From positions 68,699 through 132,698 of IMG/VR virus record IMGVR_UViG_3300042453_004434: a stretch of 64,000 nucleotides of DNA; one strand, written 5' to 3'. A program made the position numbers and the translations under genes. The stretch comes from a virus. Under the pieces are notes generated by a model. It saw nothing but the letters and a program-made list of their open reading frames with translations, was not told the origin of the DNA and did not search any database. Below, in pieces: positions 1-8,747 of this stretch (position 1 is its first letter; every line of letters starts with the position of its first letter).

Positions 1-1149
1 TGTGCTAGCTGCATATCCCCAATAACACTTTAAAATATTACTGACTTCAGTTACTCCATTAACTATTCTATGACCTAAAGTGATTTTATTATCTTTTGCA
101 ACAATATTTTTAAATCCTGTATATATATTAATATTTAATTGAGGATCATGATTATAAGCAAAAAATACAGATACGATAGGTTCTTGATCCCATTGATAAT
201 AAATATTACCATCACTTAAAACTACTTCATTATTTTCTATACAAAAATCTTCACTGTAACTAATTTGATCTTGATTTTGCCAATGCTGACAAGTCAGTGC
301 TATAAAATTCCATATATTTGTACCACGGTTGTTCACTATTACAGCATTTTTATTAGTCCAACTATCTATATAAATACAATTACCTTGAAAGTTTTCAAAG
401 ATATTATCTGTTATTTCTGCATTTAAAGAATCAGCAATTGTAATCGCATGTAATGGACTTTGTTGATTTATTATATCGAATTCACAGTTTTTAAATATAT
501 TATTTTTTATTTGTGGCGCTTTGCCGCCAACTGCAATAAATGTATTTTCGGGGCAATGACCTTTCTTGCTATTTCTTTTTTTACCAACAGATTCAAATAC
601 ATTATTAAATATTTTAGCGCCGTCATCTAATTTACCATGTCCTACACAAAATACTTGAAAACATTCGTGATTTGATTGGTCGCCCACTCCAAAATTAATA
701 AATCTACAATTTTTAACTGTATTATTTGAACCGCGCATTCTTATTGCACAAACAGTACTAATGTCATGGTTATTTTCATAATTACCATCAAATGTTATTC
801 CTTCAATTAAATTATTATCGCAGCTAACATTATAATTAGTAGATAACATGTGAACAATTGGAGCTGGCGTTCCAAATAGATTTTTGCTATTTGCATTATC
901 TATTAATTTAAAAATAGTTTTATCATATCCTGCGCCAATTAATTTAACATTATCAAATCTATTCCAACCCCAAGTAATACAACTATCAGACCAAACATGG
1001 CCTTTATGCCATTCTTCGTCATTACGCCCAAAAATATGTTCACCTTCTGAAACGTAACATTCACCATTTTCATCAATACATTTATTAATATATGGTACTA
1101 TATTTTGACCTATAGTATAACCGTAGTATTCTGGAGTGTTTTTATTCAT
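1..1149 (-). CDS. Right-handed parallel beta-helix (pectate lyase-like) protein, 3' end beyond the window edge
   Basis: Not in the ORF track because it has no stop in the window. ATG at 1149 opens MNKNTPEYYG...VKLIGAGYDKTIFKL...IEGITFDGN...ITVKNCRFINFG...ITDNIFEN, which are typical beta-helix coil repeats. The frame stays open to base 1. Confidence 0.75.
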   Translation of the reverse strand, partial: MNKNTPEYYGYTIGQNIVPYINKCIDENGECYVSEGEHIFGRNDEEWHKGHVWSDSCITWGWNRFDNVKLIGAGYDKTIFKLIDNANSKNLFGTPAPIVHMLSTNYNVSCDNNLIEGITFDGNYENNHDISTVCAIRMRGSNNTVKNCRFINFGVGDQSNHECFQVFCVGHGKLDDGAKIFNNVFESVGKKRNSKKGHCPENTFIAVGGKAPQIKNNIFKNCEFDIINQQSPLHAITIADSLNAEITDNIFENFQGNCIYIDSWTNKNAVIVNNRGTNIWNFIALTCQHWQNQDQISYSEDFCIENNEVVLSDGNIYYQWDQEPIVSVFFAYNHDPQLNINIYTGFKNIVAKDNKITLGHRIVNGVTEVSNILKCYWGYAAST

Positions 1150-1720
1150 TTTTATAATGAAATACTTTTTTAGTAGTGCTTAAAACAGGCCACTGAAAAA
1201 TATAGTCACCTTTTAAATTAAAAGGTTGATATGACACATCAACATATCTCCAACCGCCATCATCTATATCTAAATTATAATTCTTGTAATAATCATTAGA
1301 AATCAATATATTTTTACCTTTAATATTTTCTAATATGAGAAAAATATTTTTGAACGAAAGATGCTGAAATACATCTTTAATCAAAATGAGATCATAAATT
1401 TCTGTCTCTTTTTGTGTAGTTAAATCTTTATGCTCAAATTTTATATTTGATTTTGAATATTTTTTGTTATTTTCGTTCACTAAAAATTGAACGATATCAA
1501 CACCTTTATAAATTAAATTTTCAAAATTTAGATGTTGCATCAAATTGAAATCGCCACATCCGATATCCAAGATAGATTTAATATTATTATCTTTTATAAA
1601 ATTTTGCAAAAAATCTAAGTACGAACTTGAGCATTCTAATGAAGCGCCGGGACCAGAAAAAGTTCCAATTATTTGTTGCCATTCTTTTTTCAGATAAATA
1701 TCTGTAAATACATCATTCAT
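1142..1720 (-). CDS. Class I SAM-dependent methyltransferase
   Basis: Motif I ILDIGCGD, YKGVDIV, YDLILIKDVFQHL; the N-terminal SGPGAS segment is common in glycan-cluster methyltransferases. Confidence 0.85.
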   Translation of the reverse strand: MNDVFTDIYLKKEWQQIIGTFSGPGASLECSSSYLDFLQNFIKDNNIKSILDIGCGDFNLMQHLNFENLIYKGVDIVQFLVNENNKKYSKSNIKFEHKDLTTQKETEIYDLILIKDVFQHLSFKNIFLILENIKGKNILISNDYYKNYNLDIDDGGWRYVDVSYQPFNLKGDYIFQWPVLSTTKKVFHYKNE

Positions 1721-1785
1721 ATATTTTTTGTAAAGGAATTGTAAAAGTTTTTCTTTTTATAAAATAACTATGTATAATATATTAT

Positions 1786-1977
1786 ATGAAATATATCATA
1801 TTTATAATAGCATTATTCTTTTCAGTGAATCTATTCGCTGATGAATCCAAAAAAAATCAAGAAAATAACAAACCAAATAAAGAACAAAAACAAGAAGGAA
1901 AGCGCAAAAAGCATCATGGTCCTAGAAAAGTACATCCGAATCATCCCGATCATCCAAAGAAGGAAAATAATAAATAA
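1786..1977 (+). CDS. Small secreted or membrane peptide with Lys/His/Pro-rich tail
   Basis: Signal-peptide-like MKYIIFIIALFFSVNLFA followed by a charged tail with HPNHPDHP; followed by a hairpin terminator. Confidence 0.65.
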   Translation: MKYIIFIIALFFSVNLFADESKKNQENNKPNKEQKQEGKRKKHHGPRKVHPNHPDHPKKENNK

Positions 1978-1983
1978 TAAAAC

Positions 1984-2008
1984 AAAACCCCGCGATTGCG
2001 GGGTTTTT
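1984..2008. terminator. Bidirectional intrinsic terminator
   Basis: AAAACCCCGC-GATT-GCGGGGTTTTT between convergent genes. Confidence 0.85.
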
Positions 2009-2153
2009 ATTCTTCATTTATTTTTATATCTTTAAATAGATCGTCTTGCTTATTTGTATCTTCAATTTCTATTAAACAATCTGTGCATACAGAACAATAA
2101 TCAAGATCCTCTAATAAAGTCGTCTCTTTACGACAGATATCGCACTTCTTCAT
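2007..2153 (-). CDS. Small zinc-finger-like protein (48 aa)
   Basis: Read manually: MKKCDICRKETTLLEDLDYCSVCTDCLIEIE..., with CxxC...CxxCxxC; below the ORF-track length cutoff. Confidence 0.55.
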   Translation of the reverse strand: MKKCDICRKETTLLEDLDYCSVCTDCLIEIEDTNKQDDLFKDIKINEE

Positions 2154-2208
2154 TTGAATAAAACAAAAGCGGTTTTAAGGATTACCGCAAACCTTCCTAT
2201 TTCTACTC

Positions 2209-2400
2209 CTACTTTTTAGGATCAGGTGCCCTATACACCTCTTGTTCTTTTGTATTTTCTCCTTCTGAATAATAAATTATTCCATTAATAGACTTGGCGC
2301 ACTGCAAAGCCCAATCATAAGCCTTATCCTTGCCAAAGGATAAATTATAAGCGGACTGATATGCACCATCCTTATCTCGAACAATATATCTTTTATTCAT
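2209..2400 (-). CDS. Hypothetical protein
   Basis: 63-aa ORF tightly packed with co-oriented neighbours. Confidence 0.6.
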   Translation of the reverse strand: MNKRYIVRDKDGAYQSAYNLSFGKDKAYDWALQCAKSINGIIYYSEGENTKEQEVYRAPDPKK

Positions 2401-2402
2401 TA

Positions 2403-2663
2403 TTAGGAATTCTTAATTAGAACGTCATGAATCAAATGGCGAGTCTTAAAATCAAGAATTCTACCATTTTCATCTTTTGGAAGATCAGTAACTACCGAAT
2501 CAAAATTCAAACCAAGCACAGAACTCATGCACTTGATCTTTCGATAGATGCCGATTTCCTTATACTTTAGAATCGACCACAACGTGTCGATTTGTTCAGG
2601 CGTAGCCTTGGTGATAGCATTCAACAAGACAACAGGTTGAGTAATAGTAGCAGTCTCATTCAT
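2403..2663 (-). CDS. Hypothetical protein
   Basis: 86-aa ORF downstream of a near-consensus sigma70 promoter. Confidence 0.7.
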   Translation of the reverse strand: MNETATITQPVVLLNAITKATPEQIDTLWSILKYKEIGIYRKIKCMSSVLGLNFDSVVTDLPKDENGRILDFKTRHLIHDVLIKNS

Positions 2664-2708
2664 ATATTTAGTTTTATGTATTTGTACAATCGTACAAAAT
2701 TCGGGTAA

Positions 2709-2737
2709 AGTATATTGTATGTTTATGTTAAAGTCAA
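2709..2737 (-). promoter_or_regulatory. Sigma70-type promoter
   Basis: Minus strand TTGACT-N17-TATACT. Confidence 0.7.
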
Positions 2738-3033
2738 GAGTTTTCTGTTATTTCGGGGATCTTATTTATCTTTAAGACTAAAATTAGGCATTCTTGCAAT
2801 TTATAAAATCGTAAATTCTCTAAAATTAGTTGTTTTGCGACTTCGTATTTGAAATCATCATTTAAAATATATTTAATTTGATCGTCTGATAATGAATCTG
2901 ATATAATATCGAGAAACATTATATTTTTTAAACAGTCTAAACCGTCATAAGCTTTTATATCGTCAATTTTGACAGATACTATAAAAACATGATCATCATA
3001 TTTCTCAAAAACACTCTTGATTTCTGGATACAT
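2734..3033 (-). CDS. Hypothetical protein
   Basis: 99-aa ORF abutting its neighbours. Confidence 0.6.
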   Translation of the reverse strand: MYPEIKSVFEKYDDHVFIVSVKIDDIKAYDGLDCLKNIMFLDIISDSLSDDQIKYILNDDFKYEVAKQLILENLRFYKLQECLILVLKINKIPEITENS

Positions 3034-3312
3034 TTATTCACCGATAGGCTTTAATTGAATAAGTACCTTACCGCCTTTACTATCGTCTTCCTTCATAACA
3101 AAACATTGAATATAAATAGACTCTTGAATAAATCGAACATCTATTAATTGAATGCTCAATTGCTTATTATTTTCTGTTCTTAGTATTCCAAGTGGCGGAG
3201 CATTAGCTTCAATATCTTTATACAAGCTCTCAATATTAACAATTTGATCTTGATATTCTTTCAAAAAAGATCCGCCTTCATTTGTGCCGACAATATTTAA
3301 TTTAGCCTTCAT
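3034..3312 (-). CDS. Hypothetical protein
   Basis: 92-aa ORF with an ATGA overlap with the upstream ORF. Confidence 0.65.
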   Translation of the reverse strand: MKAKLNIVGTNEGGSFLKEYQDQIVNIESLYKDIEANAPPLGILRTENNKQLSIQLIDVRFIQESIYIQCFVMKEDDSKGGKVLIQLKPIGE

Positions 3313-3488
3313 GAATCGATAACTTGTGCCTCGATAATCTCGTTTTTAGGATTATCTAAAACTTGTTTTAGAATTTGAATAATCAAACGATCTTCTTTAG
3401 CCATAGGCTTAAATGAAGATTCATTTTTAAAAATATTAGCCAAATCATTCAAATCATCATCGCCAATCTTAATTGTAACGCTTTTCAT
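3309..3488 (-). CDS. Hypothetical protein (59 aa)
   Basis: Read manually: MKSVTIKIGDDDLNDLANIF...; fills the gap, and its stop overlaps the next start (ATGA). Confidence 0.6.
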   Translation of the reverse strand: MKSVTIKIGDDDLNDLANIFKNESSFKPMAKEDRLIIQILKQVLDNPKNEIIEAQVIDS

Positions 3489-3517
3489 TATATAATAATA
3501 TATGAATTATTGATATT

Positions 3518-4468
3518 TTAAATACTTACAACGGAATTTTTTGAAAGAAACTGAATAAAGCCTTTATCTTTCTTTTTAACTTCAATTTCATATGTGCAAT
3601 CTAAACCCATGTCTGGAGGAGGAATTGTTAACTTATCTGCATGTTTGAGCGTCCCATTAATTCCTTCGCTCCAATGAAATACAGGAGGAACGGGCCAAGT
3701 TTGATAAAATTTCATATAGTGTTTCTGATAAGGAATAACCTTACCATCTGGATCATAACTAGGATTGCATTCATCATGCAAATTATCTAAAGTTAATGGA
3801 ATATGAAATGTATACGCAGCTTTCATAAACAAATGAAAATACTCGTAAAGATTAGAACAATTCCAGAATCCTTTGTCTTGATTTTCTAATACCAAGCGGT
3901 TTCTAACACCAATATCACATTGAAAAAAGTTAAGAATAAACTTTTTAACAAAATTTTCAGCACTAGAAAAATTTGACAAGCTAGGATGAATATTGATCGG
4001 ACAAGTAAAATCTTGAGGCATACGCATCATATCTAATACCCAAGCATGAAAATTTAATTCACGTATGGAATTAGCGCAAATATCATCTGATTCAGAACCA
4101 AGCACAACAAACTGATCAGGATGAACCGAAACAGATATATTTAATTCCTTGGCGGTTCTACCAATTTCAATTAACTTTTGCTCAATTACATTGAAATAAG
4201 GAAAAAGACTTAGATCGAGTTTGAGAGTTGGATCAGTTATAAGAGGAAACAATTTGCAAGAAATACGATAATGTTTGATTCCTATCTTTTTGCAGTGTTT
4301 AATTGTTTCAATTGTAACAGTTAGATTATGTGAAATCCTACGGGAAAGTTCCTGTATAGACTCTTCTCTATCCTTTTTAAGGAATTGAGTGCGAGTCATG
4401 GTTTTGAACTTCAACTCAGGAGATTTTTCGCGCAAAAGTTCAGAGATACAAACTAGTCCAAGCTTCAT
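3518..4468 (-). CDS. uvsE: UV DNA damage endonuclease (UvsE/UVDE)
   Basis: MKLGLVCI start, YRISCKLFP, SVHPDQFVVLGS, INIH, RLVLENQD, TLDNLH, FHWSE, EIEVK motifs. Start trimmed to the ATG at 4468, just behind the promoter. Confidence 0.9.
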   Translation of the reverse strand: MKLGLVCISELLREKSPELKFKTMTRTQFLKKDREESIQELSRRISHNLTVTIETIKHCKKIGIKHYRISCKLFPLITDPTLKLDLSLFPYFNVIEQKLIEIGRTAKELNISVSVHPDQFVVLGSESDDICANSIRELNFHAWVLDMMRMPQDFTCPINIHPSLSNFSSAENFVKKFILNFFQCDIGVRNRLVLENQDKGFWNCSNLYEYFHLFMKAAYTFHIPLTLDNLHDECNPSYDPDGKVIPYQKHYMKFYQTWPVPPVFHWSEGINGTLKHADKLTIPPPDMGLDCTYEIEVKKKDKGFIQFLSKNSVVSI

Positions 4469-4476
4469 AGGTGTGA

Positions 4477-4505
4477 ACCTTATCAAGGAAGTTAAGTATT
4501 GTCAA
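4477..4505 (-). promoter_or_regulatory. Sigma70-type promoter for uvsE
   Basis: TTGACA-N17-TAAGGT with an extended TG; the ATG follows 8 nt after the -10 box. Confidence 0.55.
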
Positions 4506-5184
4506 GGCTTGAATGCTGAAATAAATTTTTATATTTATCTATATTATCTAAAGATGTAGCAAATCTTAATTTGTTTTGTTTTATTTTTTTATAAATAAGA
4601 GTTATTCCAAGCATTCTAGAAATAATAGGAAAATAATTAACCGTATATTTATCAAAACCTAAATCTAATAATACAGCAACAGAAATACCACCTATATTTA
4701 AAATTAATTTTTTTTGTTTTGAAAAATTTAAACATTTATCAACTGTTGAACTTTTAATGTTTAATGATTTCATTTTCTGCAAAATAGCTTCAACTCTTGG
4801 ATCTTTATCTTTAAATATTGGATGTCCAAAACCGGGATAATAATCCTCATGAGTGGTAAAATTATTAATCATGAATTCGGCCATCTTTGTAAAACAAAAA
4901 TGATTGCCGCCAAAAGAATTTATGGCTGAAGATAATACCTGTGGATAATCTAAACCGCAACCTCCCATCATAAAAGCGATCATTGAACTAGCTGGCATCA
5001 ATTCGTTTATATCATATGTATGCAAAATATTTAAAATAAAATTCAATAGTTTTTTCTCGTTTTTTGTTAACTTTTTACTGCTTAATTTATCTATTGCAAA
5101 ATCATTAAACGATTTATTTAAATCCTTGTATGATAAAGTGATATGATTGGTTCCCGAATTGATCAACAATTTGTTTTTTTTCAT
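4492..5184 (-). CDS. Citrate synthase / citryl-CoA lyase-fold protein (short, divergent)
   Basis: SAINSFGGNH, YPGFGHPIFKDKDPRV, LNIGG...LLDLGF, IISRMLG match the citrate synthase C-terminal motifs; the canonical NVD Asp appears as NIG. Confidence 0.7.
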   Translation of the reverse strand: MKKNKLLINSGTNHITLSYKDLNKSFNDFAIDKLSSKKLTKNEKKLLNFILNILHTYDINELMPASSMIAFMMGGCGLDYPQVLSSAINSFGGNHFCFTKMAEFMINNFTTHEDYYPGFGHPIFKDKDPRVEAILQKMKSLNIKSSTVDKCLNFSKQKKLILNIGGISVAVLLDLGFDKYTVNYFPIISRMLGITLIYKKIKQNKLRFATSLDNIDKYKNLFQHSSLDNT

Positions 5185-5584
5185 ATTGAGGTTTATATAT
5201 TTCTAAAAGTTTTTCGAGTCCTTTTAGCGATGCTATATTGTTTTTTAATATGTAAGTTTCAATTTTATCGTATTTGTCTTTGAACTTTTCGATTGCAGCT
5301 ATTCGTAATTCATGGCTGTAACCTTTATTCCGATATTGAGATATTATATAAGTAAAACTTAACTCAACTCTTCTATTGTTAATATATATAATATAAAAAC
5401 CAATAGGCAAATCATTTTCATATAATATTAATATTGATTCATCATTTATACATTTTTTAAGATATTTTTTTAAAGATTCTGAATATGGTAATTTACTACC
5501 TGCTAATTCTATTTCAGCTTTTTTTACTAGATATTCAAAATCTTTTGAGTTAACAAACAATTTATAGTTTTCGATTTTGATCAT
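5114..5584 (-). CDS. GNAT-family acetyltransferase
   Basis: YIISQYRNKGYS (motif A) and NIASLKGLEKL (motif B). Confidence 0.75.
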   Translation of the reverse strand: MIKIENYKLFVNSKDFEYLVKKAEIELAGSKLPYSESLKKYLKKCINDESILILYENDLPIGFYIIYINNRRVELSFTYIISQYRNKGYSHELRIAAIEKFKDKYDKIETYILKNNIASLKGLEKLLEIYKPQYEKKQIVDQFGNQSYHFIIQGFK

Positions 5585-5608
5585 AAAAAACCCCCATTTC
5601 TGGGGGTT
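5585..5608 (-). terminator. Intrinsic terminator
   Basis: Minus strand AACCCCCA-GAAA-TGGGGG-TTTTTT. Confidence 0.8.
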
Positions 5609-5614
5609 AACTAC

Positions 5615-5956
5615 TTAATCTGTGATTTCAGGAATCTCATCATCATTTGATGGTTCCGGCTGCTTAACTTCCTTCTTTACAGGCTTTGGCTTTGCAGCGA
5701 CAGCCTTTGGCTCATTTTCTGTATTTTGATCTTCAGATTTATATAGAATAAAATCAGGAGCGTTTTCGTTAGTCTTTGTTTTGTTTGAAAACATAATCAC
5801 ACGCTCTTTAATTACATTTCCAAAAGGATCGATTATTGTAAGATAACCTGTCAAATAAGTGGTGCTTCCTTTTGTTTTTTTCCAAAAAGCGCCTTTTTCT
5901 CTTTTCTTCCAGTCACTCTGCTTTTCATTATTATTCATAGTATTCATAGTATTCAT
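5615..5956 (-). CDS. DUF736-like small protein with acidic C-terminal tail (possible ssDNA binding)
   Basis: GAFWKK...YLTGYL...MFSNKTK..ENAPDFILY pattern with a DDEIPEITD tail; the N-terminus has a 9-bp tandem repeat (MNTMNTMN). Confidence 0.55.
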   Translation of the reverse strand: MNTMNTMNNNEKQSDWKKREKGAFWKKTKGSTTYLTGYLTIIDPFGNVIKERVIMFSNKTKTNENAPDFILYKSEDQNTENEPKAVAAKPKPVKKEVKQPEPSNDDEIPEITD

Positions 5957-5980
5957 ATAGTTGTAACGCTAACGAGGCCA

Positions 5981-6008
5981 ATAATATCAGAAACCTATGT
6001 CGTGTCAA
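5981..6008 (-). promoter_or_regulatory. Sigma70-type promoter
   Basis: TTGACA-N16-TATTAT with an extended TG. Confidence 0.5.
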
Positions 6009-6196
6009 TCATTTTCTTCACTAAACTTCTCTAGCAATTCGATTTCGATAGCTATTCGTCGTCGTATTGCGGCTAATTCTTTTCTAGCTTGATTTAAAGT
6101 TTTTTTATCTTTTGAATGAATAAGTTTACGCATTATTTTATTTGATTCATCCTTTAAAAATTTTCCTGTTTTTAAATATAAATTTTTGGCCGTCAT
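6005..6196 (-). CDS. Hypothetical protein
   Basis: 63-aa basic helical ORF with an ATGA overlap. Confidence 0.6.
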   Translation of the reverse strand: MTAKNLYLKTGKFLKDESNKIMRKLIHSKDKKTLNQARKELAAIRRRIAIEIELLEKFSEEND

Positions 6197-6696
6197 ATTA
6201 AAGATTTGATAAATTCTTTATCCTTATCTATCCAAAATAAAATCTTATTTAAACTATCAATAGATAGTTGATTATATTTTATTCCTGAAAAATTAAAAAT
6301 ATCCATATATTTGACATCAAGCGTTTCACTATTGGACTTTTTATATTGCTTGAGAAAATAAATTTCTTTTATTTTAGAAGCCGCGATTGTTTTGGCGCAA
6401 TGAATGCATGGGCTATAAACCATGCAAGCATAATACGGTTGACGAGAAGAATATAAAATAGCATTTATTTCAGCATGATTAATCAAATCAGACTTTAATG
6501 GTCTATTTTGAATTATATCATCATGTGGTATTAATTGAGGAGCAAAACCATTGAAACCAGTTGAAACAGTTCGCCAATCTTCATCAAAAAGCACTGTTCC
6601 AACTTGAGTATGTGGATCTTCTGATCTTGATCTAGCAGCTAAGGCTAGATAACAACCATATTCTGATTTAGTTAATCTTGTCTCTGTCAAATTCAT
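6193..6696 (-). CDS. dCMP deaminase
   Basis: RSEDPHTQVG, TGFNG, HAEINA and SPCIHCAK zinc motifs. Confidence 0.9.
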   Translation of the reverse strand: MNLTETRLTKSEYGCYLALAARSRSEDPHTQVGTVLFDEDWRTVSTGFNGFAPQLIPHDDIIQNRPLKSDLINHAEINAILYSSRQPYYACMVYSPCIHCAKTIAASKIKEIYFLKQYKKSNSETLDVKYMDIFNFSGIKYNQLSIDSLNKILFWIDKDKEFIKSLI

Positions 6697-7321
6697 AAAA
6701 CATTAGTTCATCATCACCAGCAGTCCATTTATATGCGTTTCCTTCACAGGTAAATTCTTTTGAAAAAACTTTCCAAGTTTTATAGTCATCCGGTAATTTC
6801 TTTGAAATCCAAGCGCCAGAATCTCTGAATAAACATCTATTGCTTGGTTGAGCAAACATCTGACCATTCTCGCCCCAAAATACATGAGCTAATTTATGGC
6901 CTCCTTGAACTTCTGAATAACCTAAATTATACTCTTCACTATTACACCAGTCAATAGTAAAAATATATTTACCAACAATCTTTTCTTTATTTTTAAGAAT
7001 AATAAAAGCATTACTATTTTTTAAATATTCAAATCTTGTAATGTTAAAATAATAACTATAACAATCCCATAACTGCAACCAATCTAATGGATAGATAGTT
7101 TCAGATTTTATTTTGCTTTTTAGATAATGAATAGGAACTCTTGTGAACTGAGCGCCGTATTCACTCATCACATTGAATAACAAGCATCTTCTTGAAAGAG
7201 AAGTTACAGAAAATATTTCAACTGGTAAATATTCATCTATAGTTCCAGCTTCTTCGTTTTTTAAAAACGATTTATCTAAATAAGCAAATTGTATTGGTAT
7301 ATTCGCTTGAAGATAACTCAT
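6668..7321 (-). CDS. Conserved phage hypothetical protein
   Basis: 217-aa ORF with MSYLQANIP...LQLWDCYSY...YIFTIDW...AQPSNR, a pattern I recall from aquatic phages; function unknown. Confidence 0.7.
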   Translation of the reverse strand: MSYLQANIPIQFAYLDKSFLKNEEAGTIDEYLPVEIFSVTSLSRRCLLFNVMSEYGAQFTRVPIHYLKSKIKSETIYPLDWLQLWDCYSYYFNITRFEYLKNSNAFIILKNKEKIVGKYIFTIDWCNSEEYNLGYSEVQGGHKLAHVFWGENGQMFAQPSNRCLFRDSGAWISKKLPDDYKTWKVFSKEFTCEGNAYKWTAGDDELMFYEFDRDKIN

Positions 7322-7506
7322 TATTCACCTTTTTTAAAGCTATTCTTCAAATCCTTAAGCATGTCGTTAATTTTTTCTAAGCTTTTAACTCTATCTTTAT
7401 AGAGATTTTCTGTTTTTTCTCTCTCATCATCAATCAAAGAAATTAAATTATTAATTTTCTTTAATGTGATTGTGGGTTTTGTTCTTTCGAATTCTGAAAT
7501 ATTCAT
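7321..7506 (-). CDS. Hypothetical coiled-coil protein
   Basis: 61-aa ORF packed between its neighbours. Confidence 0.6.
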   Translation of the reverse strand: MNISEFERTKPTITLKKINNLISLIDDEREKTENLYKDRVKSLEKINDMLKDLKNSFKKGE

Positions 7507-7507
7507 A

Positions 7508-8101
7508 CTATAATTTCTTATATAGAAAGTATTTACGCCATTCTTCTCTTATCTTGGTGGGTTTAGTAGGAAGAACTGGTATTGGCATTGGTACAGATGA
7601 TATAGCTTTATTCTTAACATTCAAGAAAGGATATATATCTTTTTTAATCTGATTGCATTTATGACAAGTTAAAGTAATGTTTTCTAATTCTTTTGTTCCG
7701 CCTTTGCTTTTAGGAAATAGATGTTCGATTGTTAGCTGGCTTTTATCAAATCTCTCATAGCAAATTTGACAAGTATAATCAAAAATCAAACATAATTTTT
7801 GAATATTGAGAGTGCGCGGAGTTCTTTTTCTATTATAGAAAAAACTTTTTTTGATGACTGCAACGGTGGGAATGAACCAAATCTTATCTTTTGAAGTTAA
7901 AAAAGGCTGATCTTCATAGAATGAAAGCCCTTCGTTTCTAAACCATTCAAAATTATTATCTATTATATTTTCTGATGCATCAAAACATTTAATATTATTT
8001 TTAATTAAATGAATGAATGCGGCTCGCCCTGTTAAAAACGAATAGGGTAAAAAAGAATTATCTAATAATAATGTGGTTATCTGATTAGCATAACCTGACA
8101 T
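7508..8101 (-). CDS. HNH endonuclease (McrA-like)
   Basis: CQIC...LTIEHLFPKSKGG...NITLTCHKCNQIK. Confidence 0.9.
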   Translation of the reverse strand: MSGYANQITTLLLDNSFLPYSFLTGRAAFIHLIKNNIKCFDASENIIDNNFEWFRNEGLSFYEDQPFLTSKDKIWFIPTVAVIKKSFFYNRKRTPRTLNIQKLCLIFDYTCQICYERFDKSQLTIEHLFPKSKGGTKELENITLTCHKCNQIKKDIYPFLNVKNKAISSVPMPIPVLPTKPTKIREEWRKYFLYKKL

Positions 8102-8143
8102 AGGTGCAATATATCATGCCTAATGAAAAATGCAAGCTTTTTG

Positions 8144-8746
8144 TTAATTATGTTTAATTATATTATTTAATGTTCCTATATAATTACCGTCTTCCTGTCT
8201 GTGAGCTACTATTTTCGCTTGAAAAACATTGTTTTTACCATCTATAATTTTAACAGTATGTTCAAAATTTCGTTTGCTTGATACTGCTAAATACCAATCG
8301 TTTGCTATATCATTTCTTGTATCTTCATCTAAAATATTAATCCAATTATTATCTTTTAAATCTTTGAAACCTCGATCAGTTAATCTAATAAAAGAATCAT
8401 TTACCCAAGTGAATTTGCCTTGTTTATTTGTTTCAAAAATAGGTTCGCTTCTATTATCAAGCATCCATCTTTGCCTATTTAAAATAGTTGTTGTTAATTC
8501 TGTATTAGATTTGACATCAGATTTTATATTGTTTACTAAATCTTTTAAAGATGTTCCTGAGTTATAAGTTAACTCTTTTTTAATTTCTTTTATTTCTGTT
8601 CCGATACTTTCTACATGATCAGTTAAATTTGTATAAGGCTGTAATTTCTTCATTGCTTTACATATAAAAGCATAAATTAAACCTGTTGATGTTAAAAAAC
8701 TTAATATATCACCAATATGATTTAAAAGAAAATTTAAAATAAACAT
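8144..8746 (-). CDS. Membrane-anchored PAS-domain protein
   Basis: N-terminal hydrophobic helix, coiled coil with ELTYNSGTSLKD, then a PAS-like segment: MLDNRSEPIFETNKQGKFTWVNDSFIRLT...NNWINILDED. Confidence 0.75.
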   Translation of the reverse strand: MFILNFLLNHIGDILSFLTSTGLIYAFICKAMKKLQPYTNLTDHVESIGTEIKEIKKELTYNSGTSLKDLVNNIKSDVKSNTELTTTILNRQRWMLDNRSEPIFETNKQGKFTWVNDSFIRLTDRGFKDLKDNNWINILDEDTRNDIANDWYLAVSSKRNFEHTVKIIDGKNNVFQAKIVAHRQEDGNYIGTLNNIIKHN

Positions 8747-8747
8747 A

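Noticed and set aside
2197-2211. Three in-frame TAG codons suggesting stop-codon reassignment or readthrough
   Set aside because: Long conserved genes translate intact under code 11, and the tRNA anticodon is UUG, not CUA.
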